DNA of 64,000 nucleotides from Azolla caroliniana (Eukaryota > Plantae > Polypodiophyta), in the NCBI GenBank assembly GCA_043228905.1, contig JBHGNT010000014.1, positions 10,292,001 to 10,356,000 of the forward strand, in the 5' to 3' direction. How positions within the stretch are numbered: the first letter of the stretch is position 1; every line of letters begins with the position of its first letter. The position numbers and the translations under genes are program-made. A model generated the notes under the pieces. The model was given only the letters and a program-made list of their open reading frames with translations, did not search any database and had not been told where the DNA came from. Below are positions 54,044-64,000 of this stretch, in pieces.

Positions 54044-54810
54044 ACGGGAACTTGTCGATCCTTATACGCAACGCTCGGCCACAACGGAGATTCTTTTCAT
54101 ACACAGAAAACGAGAAATGAAGCGCGACACAAAGGAGAGGAAGATACACAGGAGGTTAACGTGGAAAACCCCAAACTAGGGGAAAAACCACAGCAGCCCA
54201 CAGGCTGCAAACTGTCACTATGTATGAATGTACAAAACAGTGAGTTCACGGAGGCAACGACCTCGGACTCACGATCTTCGCCACAGGCGGCAGTTACAAC
54301 AGAGGCAGCGACCTCTTTCTCTCTCTCTCTCTATACACCGTTACGTACTATCTCTGCTTCTTGCACCAACAAGAAACATGACCACAACTAAAAGTTTGCC
54401 CTAAGTCATATTTATACTAATATGACTTTTCGGCTATTTACAAATATAGCCACGATGGGCTCTCAGAAACATATTGACGAATATGTCTCTTCCTCCGGTT
54501 CATACCGGATCTGCACCATCCGGGTACTCCTCATCCGGTTCGTACCGGGCCTGCACCATCCGGCTCTCCGTAGCCGGGTACTCCTCATCCGGTTCATACC
54601 GGGTTTGCACCATCCGGCTCTCCGTAGCCGGGTACTCATACGGTTTCGGCCTCGGCCTCGGCCGAGTTTGTTCATCTTCACTGATCTTCTTCCTTCCCAT
54701 CCAGAGGGACCTGTTTCCCAACAAACTCCCCCTTCACTCCGGCATGGGGTGTCTTACCAGCCCGATCTTCTTCCGGCATGTGTTCAGCTTGTCGGGTGTC
54801 AACACTTTGG
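54044..54810 (-). mobile_element. Copia remnant: 3' LTR 54044-54723, PPT and RNase H tail
   Basis: LTR is homologous to 28069-28790 but lacks the terminal TG. Peptide TKVLTPDKL..RHPMPE. Confidence 0.88.
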
Positions 54811-57800
54811 TGTCAACCCGGGCCGTCCGATCCAACTCGAGCCCCTGACTGAAGTCCGCCATGACTTCGTACATCTCTTCTGAACAAACCGCCATCGTCT
54901 GGTCCTCTTTAAGGCCCTCTCCGACCACCTCTCGCAGTATTCCCAAGGTATCGTCGAAGGAGACCGCCTCCACGGCTCCGTTGATTTCCTCACTGGGTCC
55001 GAGAACTCCGCATGCCCGAAGTCACTCTTCCGCCCTTGTCTTTTCTCGGCCAACGACGCCGACTATCGTAAACCCTACGTTGTCGGAGAAACAAAACTTC
55101 CTACTTATGGTACAAGGTTTCTTCGGTTTCGCCTCTATCGTACATTTGTGGGGGTTTCCTGGAGTGTCCGGACTATCGCGGCCCCATGCCTTGACAGCCC
55201 TCTCTAAAAATCCTCTCGGTTCTCGCCACCGAGGGACTCGCGGTTTCGCTCGTGGTTCGGTCACACCGTCAGGAACTGGACCGAATGACGCCCGTCCTGA
55301 CTCTTGACCCTCCCGTAAGCCGACCCGTTGTCCAGCACCTTGGTCTCCATCCGTGCTGCCGTAATGTACGGTTCTCCCAGTATGATCGGGTGCGAGGACG
55401 TCTCCTGCACAAAGAAGTGTTGTTCTATCTCGACGTCGTCGATCTTGACTCGCACGTTTGGGCAGGCCCCGTGTAGTTCCTCGGTGGCGCGCGTCGCCGC
55501 CCGTATCTTCCACCCGTGCTTGGTGTTGATCGGCCATTTCCCCTTCTTGTAGAAGTCCATGGACATCAGGTTTATTTCCGAACCGTGGTCCACCAACGCC
55601 ACCACCGGTTCTTGAACATCTCCGATCTTCACCTGGGTTTCCGTGGTCGCTCGAGCCCAGTGTGGCCTCGAATAATGGCTCTCCGCCCACTCGTCTTCCA
55701 GCGCCATGTCCTCTATGTGCGTCATCCGCACCCCCACCGGCCTTTCCGGTTCTGTCTCCGTCGACAGCCTCTTCCTCTTCACCAAGTCTACGATGGAGTC
55801 GTGGAACTCCTTCTTGGCGATTCCGAGCACCTCCCGCAACGACAGTTCCACCTTGCTGTCGAGGATTCGTTCTTCCAGGACCTTTCGTAGGTCCGTGGTC
55901 CTTTCGATCTCCGTGCCCAACCGGTATCCGCCCTTCTTGTGGTCATCCCGGGCACTGGTCTCACCGGCCTCGTTCCGTTTCGGCCCGAATCGGGTTTCAT
56001 ATCTCTGTGAGGGTTCGGCCCCTCTGGTTTTACCTACCCGTTTGTCTTCAACCAGAGCCTCGTAGTTCTGGCAAGCTGCTTCGACGAAACCCGTCTTTTC
56101 TTCGACCGGGTCACTCCACCCGGTTACCTCCTGGACCCACTTCTCCACGCGGTCTACCTCGTCTTTCCTTAGTCGGGCACTAGCGAGGCCTTCCAGCATC
56201 GTCGGCTAGAACCCGGCTTTGCTCTCCTTCCGGGCCTCGCTGCCTCCGACCCGAATACCGGCTGACGCCGAGTAGTGGACGGTCTCCGCGTGCCGGGCCG
56301 CCGCCTCTTCCATCAGCCTTTTCATTCCTCCTCGCCCGTCGTTTCGGTTCAGGGCCCTCCGGGTATCGCTGGCGTGCACCTGACCTTCCCACAGGTACAC
56401 TACCCGGCTTCTCAAAGCCTCCGCAAAGTCCCCGCAGTCTTTCCGGATGTGGCCGACCTCGTCGCACCACATGCGCCTATTTCCTGCCGGAGGCCGTCGG
56501 TCACGAGCCCGTTTGCCGCCTTCCCTCCGAGCCTGGGCGATCTGGAGATCCTTTACCGCCCGTGTCAACTCCTCAAAAGCTGTTACCTCGGACGAGCCTC
56601 TGACCACGCCGATCGAAGCCGAACCGGTTTCGAGCCACTCCCTGGTCTCTTCCCTTCGCACCTGTGGTATCGGTTCGAGCTTCCTTGCTGCGACAGGACC
56701 CGCCGTGGTCGCCCCTGTATCCGCCCACTCCCACCGTTTGTCAAAACGGCCGCAGACTCTTTTTACCACGACCCAGTCGGCCGTCAGCCCGTCTTCGGTT
56801 TCCAGTAAGGAGCCCACTTGCTCCCGATCCCGTGCGTCAACCGATTTGACAAACAGTAGGACATGACTTGTGTCCAGAACGGTCCGATCAAGCGCCGAAA
56901 GGCGCGCAAAGCGTTCCTCAAACTCCCGGAGGAGTACCAACGCATTTCTTCCTTTGTTGGGGGACTCCACCCACTCCATGAAGCCCCGCTTCGAAAGTCG
57001 AAGTGCGTCATCCAGCCCGTATTTCTCCAGGAGCCGTCCTTTGAACTCCTCCCAGGTCCGGCTCTCTGCCTGGACCTCGAGCACCTCCGCATGGATGCCC
57101 GGCATCGCCACTCAAGGGAATCCGGCAAGACGCCTCTCTTCCGGAATATCCCTCATCAACATCTCCGCCCGGTAGGATGCCAAATAACTCGTGGCATCCT
57201 TTCCACTGAACCGGCCGATCGTACCGACGATCGCCTCAATAGCCCTGTCAAGGGCGCTGGTGCCCTCGCGCGTGCTCACTATCCGGTCCACGGCCGAAGC
57301 CATGGCCTCTGGAAGAATTGACCCCCTCATCTTCTGCTCCTCTGCCGCCTTGTTCACGTCGGGTTCACCAAAGATGTCGCGTTACTACGCGCGTGCGTGG
57401 AGAAACGAGGCGGGACCACCGGGGTCTTGAACCGAAGAGCAGGTGATAGAAGGGGAAAGAGAAAGAGAGAGACGCCCGGTTACGTATGAGCAAAGAAACA
57501 CAGGGACACGGCCAGTCAACGGGGAAGACACGAATGGACAGAAAGACAGAGAGACACGAATGTTTGTATATTAACGAATGACAAATAAACAACAGAGCAC
57601 GCGAGCAGTTACAACCGAATAGGCCGGCGAACAGATGTTGATGCCTGCTCGTCTGCGCACGAAAGGGGATAGGATGGAGGTGCTGCCGGAAGCACACGGG
57701 CATTCCTCGAAGCAGCGCGAGCCTCCCGAAAACCTGCAGAGAAGGGCGATGGAGAACAAACAGAGGAGAAGCGTTCGGTTCTCAGTCCGACAGCACTTCG

Positions 57801-60451
57801 TCCTCCTCAATGCCCCCCCCCCCCCTATCTCCCCACGTCTCCCTCTCTTTTATAGCTTCAAGAAGGGAGCCGTTTCCCTCATTAACTTTCTACCTACCGA
57901 ATCTAACTTCCTAGGATCTACCTTTGTACCTAATTCTCTGTTATATACATTAAAGGGCGCGCACGCGTGAAGAGCCGGTTCACGCGCGCTATGCACCGAT
58001 TGCGCCAAGGGACGGTTTTCTTCATGACAGTGCTCCGGCATGGGACTTCGTGTCCACTTGACACACATCGGTATGCACCAACTCCAATGGTGCATTACGT
58101 CTCATCGGTGGCTTTGATTGGAAGGAGGTCCGGTTTTGCTTACCGGCTAGGCCATCGGTGCACCTCTCAAGATGCACGTTCTTCACTGGAATGAGGTTGT
58201 CATCGGCAAGCCTGTTCATTCCCTTCACACTCATGTGACACAGTCTCAACAGTGTGGCCCACAGCCTCTTGCTGTGGTCATCTATGAACATCACGAAGTA
58301 CTGCACTCCGGCATGGGACTTCATGTCCACTTGACACACATCGGTATACACCAACTCCAATGGTGCATTACGTCTCATCGGTGGCCTTGGTCGGAAGGAG
58401 GTCTAGTTTTGCTTACCGGCTAGGCAGTCGGTGCACCTCTCAAGATGCATGTTCTTCACTGGAATGAGGTTCTCATCGGCAAGCCTGTTCATTCCCTTCA
58501 CACTCATGTGACACAGTCTCTTGTGCCACAGCTCACTGGTAGTGTCGAAAGCCACGTTCACGTCTTCTGGGCATAACCGGGCATTCATTAGGTACAACGT
58601 GTTGACCTTTCGGGCCCGAGCCACTATCAGGCTCCCTTTGCTGAATTTCATGACTCCATTCCGGATGCTACCAGTGTAGCCTTCATCATCTAGTCAACCG
58701 GCTGATATCAGGTTCAGTGGAACCTCAGGAACATGTCGGACATCCTTCAGCAGCAGCTTGCATCTGGTTGGTGTTGTCAACCACACATCTCCTATGCTGA
58801 CAATTCGGCATGTACTTTCATTCCCCATTCGGACACAACCGTGATCACCGGTTGTGTAGGATGAGAAGCATTTCCGGCCCGGGGTAAGGTGGAACGACGC
58901 TCCGGAATCGACAACCCACGTTGTCTCATCGCCGGCAAGGTTCAACTCACTCTCCTTGGTGATGAGCATCAACTCTTCTTCACTTGCTGCGATTGCCATC
59001 GTTCCCTTCCGGTCCGGTCCCCTCCGGTCTTTACCGTTCCGGTTCGGTGTCCGCTTCGAATCGGTATCGTCGGTATCCTTGTCTTTTCGGAAGTGCCAAC
59101 AGTTCTTCTGGAAGTGTCCCGGCTTGCCACAATAGAAGCAAGTAGGCCTCCCCCTTGACTTTGATTGTGTCCCCAACTTTTCCCCGTTCTGGGGACTACG
59201 GTTCCTCTGTCTTCCACGTTCTGATTCGGTAAGGAGCGCTTTGGAGTCGGAGCTCGTGTCCTTGTCTTTTCGACCCACCTCCTCATCTAGCAAGCTCGAC
59301 TTCACTCTTGCTAGGGATAACCGTTTCCCTTCCGGCCCGGCGTTGCCCAAAGTGACAACCAACGTCTCCCACCTATCTGGGAGGGAACCGAGCAAGAGTA
59401 GTGCTAGTACCTCATTGGAGAGAGGTACTTCCAATGATGTTGCCTGGTGGATCAGCCCCTGGAAGGCATTCATGTGCTCCGCCATGCTGGAGCCATCTTG
59501 GTACCGTAGTCTTACTAGCTTCCGAAATACCAAAACCTAATTAATAGCATTTTTGTTCTGAAACATAATGCCGATCTTCTCCCAGAGCTCATGAGCCTTG
59601 CTCTCTTCATTGAAGTTGTTGTATAGACTCATGTCGATGAAGCACCGTATGTATGTCGTTGTCTTCATGTGCATCACCTCCCATATTGTGGCATCGATTT
59701 TGCCCGGTCTCTTGTCCCCGAACTAAACCGGCAACCAAAGATCTTTAACCACGAGCATGTCCCTAATCTTCGACTTCCACATTGAGTAGTTGGAGCCGGT
59801 GAGCTTGAACATGCCTCCCAATGAATCGTCCATTTTTTTGTGTCGTTTCGCTCTGATACCAGTTTGACGCGAAATATGCGGAATAATCTCCAACCACAAC
59901 CGAAGCGTGGATCACTTGATGACAATCAAACACAGAAGAAATGGGGATGGAGGTAAGTACACAAACAAATAGAGAATACACAGGACGTTAACGTGGAAAA
60001 CCTTGATAGGGAAAAACCACGGGAGTCCATAGGGAGTACAACAGGGAGCACAGAGGCAATGACCTCTTGCTCACAATCTTCGCCTAGCGGCGGTTACAAC
60101 AGAGACATGCTCTGTATCGTTCTCTCTCTCTCTCTCTCTTTCAGTACAGTCGTTACACTAATTACGCTATACAAAGATAATAACAGCAACTATCATAATC
60201 ATACACACTGTTTGCCCTAGGTCACATTTATACTAATATGACATTAGGACTATTTACAGATATAGCCCCAATGGGCTCTCAAAAATATATCTACATATAT
60301 GTCCCTTCATCCGGTGAGAGGTTCTCACCGGGCCTACAACATCCGGTTCTCACCGGGTCTTCCTTGCTGGGTGCTCGTCATCCGGTTCTCACCGGGTCTT
60401 CCGATGCTGGGCCTTTGTATCCCATCCGGAGGGACCGAGATCCTAATAGAA

Positions 60452-63222
60452 ATGGACTGCATGACGCTCTCGGAGGCAGCCAAGAAGTGGTTAAAGCAAC
60501 ACGGTTTGGAAGGATTCTTGAGGATCATGGAGGCACCACCACACAAAGAGGCGGAAAGGGTTGTCAAAGCCATCGATACATAAGTAATCACAGAGGAGGC
60601 CATCCGTGCCCTGACGGGCCTACCCGAGGGGGGCATCTTCACCGTCGACAACCCTACCTCGAAGCAGCTCACGAAATACTTCAGTGAGTATTCTCTGGCC
60701 AGTGAGGCATATCGCACATAGGACAGTGAGGATGGCTTATTTTGAGAGATTGCTCATGTACTGCACGAGTATGGCCATGTGTACCCTCGACCCCCGGTAA
60801 TGCCTAGGAACAAAGCCAGGTTAATTATCCCCACATATGAAGGCATACAGGTGGACTGGTCGGTGTTGATGGCCGACGGATTGCGCGCGGCCATCGACTC
60901 GGTAAGAGGGAAGGATGGAAGAAAAATATGGTCGGCGATGACACAATGGCTCACACTGTTAGCACCACCAGTGGAGCGCAACACGACAAAGAAGCGGGGA
61001 AGAACAGCCCAAGGAACCTCCAAACCGGCTTCGAAGCGGTAGTAGCAATTGGCGGCTAAGGCAACCAAGGGGAAAGAGGCCGAGACTGAGAAAATGGCGA
61101 ACGAGCGGCCTAGCCAGGCGGAGACGCATGAGGCAACACCGGCACGACTAATAAAAATTACATTTCGCCAACCGGGTCAACAAGAGCCAGATCCCTTGGC
61201 CATGAAAATCAATCTTGGGACTTAGGAGGAGGAAACGGCGGAGGAGCCCAGCGAGCACCTCCAGCGGCGCCAGAAGAAGAGCACTATCGACCATGCCGGC
61301 AAGCAATCGGGTCCAGAAGAGGATAGGACGCCGACTCAGGCACAACCAAAGACGGTATTGCCATGTGGTACCCAACCAGAGCCAAAGCTGGCAATCAGAC
61401 CAGATCAAACACTGGCAAGTGCAGAAATCGGCCAACCCTCCGCGCCGACACAACCACAAGGCACTAGCAGCCAATGGCTGAGGTGGATCGGTGAGCAAAT
61501 AGCCGGAGTGGTCCATTATATGGAGGCAGAGGAGAAAGCACAAGTGGACCAATTACTAGCCACAACCGGAGAACTAGAGAAGGCCCGGTCAAGGATCCGG
61601 AACTTGGAACGAGAAGTAGAAATAGCCAAGGAAGAATTGGCTAGGAAGGTCATCACAGGACCCAGGGAGCAGGAACCGGTGGCTCCGGTACATGTACAGA
61701 ATAATGAAACACCGGCAATTGTACATAATAATATGACCCCGGTGCCAAGAACAAACCCGGATATAAGTACAGGGCAAGCGCAAGAGCTTGCCATTCTCAA
61801 AGAAGACCTGGCCACACAGGAAGCATTATGGGCCAGGGAAAGAGAATTATGAATGGCGGAGGAGGAGGAACAACGGAAGACTACTGACAATCTCTGACAA
61901 GCAGAAGACAGTCTGCGGAAGGGACGCCAAGCCTATGACCGGCTTAAGGAAGAGAAGGAAAAAGTGCTGCAAGAGAAGGATAAACTCCGAAGGATGGCGG
62001 AAACGGAGATCGAGAGACTCAAAGAAGAGCTTCGACAGCAAAAGGATAGGGAAGACCGAGCTCACTGCCAGATCAATCAGAAGCTAAAGCAGAAATCAGA
62101 AGAGTTGGACCACCTGCACCGGGATTATAAACATGTTGAGTCGGAATACAAGAAGCTTATCACTAACAGTGACCAGCAGCAGGAGAAGATGTTCAAGCTC
62201 CAGAATGAAATGCAACGAGCAGAGACGGCACTAGCAAAAGAACGGGCTGAGAAGGAAACCATACAAGTTGAAGCGGCGAAGGAACTCATGGAACTCCAGA
62301 TGCAACATCAGGGGGAAACGGAACGCGCTACCATGGTCTTACAAAGAGTGCAGACAACGTATTAGAATCAATAGGTGCGCTACAAGGACCAAGAGGTGGT
62401 AACGGTGAACCTGCTTAAACAGTTGAAAGATGACCGGCAGGCCGTTGAAGATAAATCAAAGACGGGGCTGGAGCGGATCAGGTGCATTGTACATGCATGG
62501 AAGAATCGAACGAAGTGTTTGATTGAAGATAGCTCAGTAGTATGGTGGTCAAAATGGGCGAAGCACGCTGTCGAGTTACAGTTGCTAAGGGCGGATGCAG
62601 AAAACCGGCAGAAAGAAGGCGATGAGTTCTATAAACTAGAAAATGAAGACTTTGCTGCCGTGAAAGACGAATTGGCAGAGGACTTCATGGCCTTGGCTGA
62701 TGAACAGATAACGGTGGTCCGGCAACTAGTGGCACAACTGGGCAATGATTGGCTGGATAACCAAATCCAGTTTGAAAGTTACGAAAAGGAGAGGCTACGG
62801 CAAGAGGCGACAAAGAGCATGGCAACAATCAATCTCAGTGATGAAGAGCCATCGTCGGAGCAAGGGACGGACATAGCCAAGCTCGGCACAAGCCAACCGG
62901 ATGTAACTCAAGAGGAGCAGCCAAGGGAGGAAGCGTCGCAACAACCACCGGCACAACCGTTGGAGGAGCAACGCCTAGAAGAGCCGGAGACCACGTAGTA
63001 GCAGGAACCACAGCAACCGCCAACGAGCAGCAACCAGAGCAACTTTCACAGCCAATGGAGCAATTGCAGGAGGAGCAGCAACAGCAGTCCGATCAGCCTT
63101 CCGAAGAACCCTTAGAGCCCCTCGACGTACAAGGTACTATCCCACGGGCGTGCCATGTTTTAGCTAGCCGGCAAGGAGTGAAGGACAGTCCAGAATATGA
63201 ATGGGCAGAAATAATCCGAGGT
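60452..63222 (+). pseudogene. Decayed extra ORF of a gypsy element: globular N-terminus, long coiled coil, Q/E/P-rich tail
   Basis: Chain of same-strand ORF pieces broken by stops (60452.., 60779, 61358, 61964, 62375). It lies ~340 bp after the integrase stop once the 41312-60448 insert is removed. Confidence 0.65.
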
Positions 63223-64000
63223 TGTTATTAGGATATTAAGTAATTAAGTAGATTTTAGAGTAGTGAACGGACGGACCGGAATTGGTATGCCGATCCGGAT
63301 CCAGACTGGTTCATATTAGTGTGCCGGTTGGCACCGTTTTGTAGCCAGAGATGGTGATCTATAAAAAGGCCCGATTACATTGTAAATGGGGACGGATAAT
63401 TAATAAAGCTCTATTTCCTTATCTCTGTGCATTGATTACTGTTCTGTGCTAATTACTTTCTATCTTACACGTGTATTAAGATTAAGGATTTGTTGCTTAA
63501 GTAAACGATTAAGGTCGGATTAATCGTCGGTCTAACTCTGTTCCACCGTAACACCCTTTGGTGAAGTGTCTTTTGTAGACACCCTGTGTTAGGTTATTGT
63601 CCAGCCCTACAGAGTAACACGTCGGCACAAAAGGAGGAAACCCGGGATTGGCTCAAGACGGGCTCGACCTCGACCGGCGTGGTCAAGGGCCCATTCGGAG
63701 GAATGGCTCTTGAGGAGATGACACAAATGGTGCGCGACTTGCAAATCGCGCAGGCTTGGAGAGACAGCGGCGAATAGTCCCACGACCGGAGGCCTCCGCC
63801 TGGGCAGCGGTGCATGTGGTGCGAGACGGTCGGCCACGCCCGGAAAGAGTGTGTGGATTTTGTAGACGCGCTTAGAAGCAATGTGGTATACCTGTGGAAT
63901 GGGCGGGTGCACACCGGTGACACCCGGAGACCCCTAGAGACGAATTTCGGGCATTGCGGAATGAAGAGGTTGATGAAAGAAGCATCGGCGCGCCATGCAG
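63223..64000 (+). mobile_element. Putative LTR (63223-63553), PBS remnant and gag fragment of the tRNA-Trp gypsy family
   Basis: TGTTA..TAACA termini, a TATA-like CTATAAAA and AATAAA inside, then TGGTGAA. Later EETRDWLKTG..RCMWCETVGHARKEC..GMKRLM matches the gag of ORF 56206-57111. Confidence 0.7.

Larger units (their letters stand above)
44977..58029 (-). mobile_element. Gypsy element A: LTRs 44977-45628 and 57375-58029, RT core deleted
   Basis: Matching TGTC..GACA LTRs, tRNA-Trp PBS 57353-57370, PPT at 45629, apparent 4-bp TSD GCGC/GTGC. Gag-protease 55204-57330, RNase H-integrase ~45630-47446. Confidence 0.92.
41312..60448 (-). mobile_element. Full-length copia element expanded to 19 kb by nested insertions
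   Basis: LTRs 41312-41929 and 59865-60448, TSD GAAAT, PBS 59850-59861, PPT at 41930. Gag-protease ~58400-59830, integrase 43793-44503, RT-RNase H 41941-43440. Internal sequence is close to the 28069 element. Confidence 0.95.

Overview
Nuclear DNA of a land plant, probably a fern or other non-flowering plant (inference). Most of the window is nested, partly decayed LTR retrotransposons. Ty1/copia elements with LTR pairs and 5-bp target-site duplications (TSDs) lie at 3360-8351, 28069-33666 and 41312-60448. Another copia at 27246-38324 has a truncated 3' LTR. A GC-rich Ty3/gypsy family primed by tRNA-Trp appears at 1-1174, 44977-58029 and 47445-54043, with relics at 2074-3060 and 63223-64000. 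The one clear host gene (14025-16761, +, three coding exons, about 781 aa) encodes a methyl-CpG-binding-domain (MBD) protein with DLNxxP EAR-type motifs and two 12-aa repeat blocks. About 3.2 kb downstream is a 20-copy, ~285-bp tandem array that appears to have grown in place from the end of a dead LINE ORF2 and has higher-order structure. Other notable signals: a -1 frameshift site plus pseudoknot between protease and RT in the gypsy family, a plastid psaB fragment inside a copia RT, a tRNA-derived SINE, an in-frame 4x tandem amplification inside a copia integrase, and a gypsy with a long extra coiled-coil ORF. All calls were made by eye, with no database searches.
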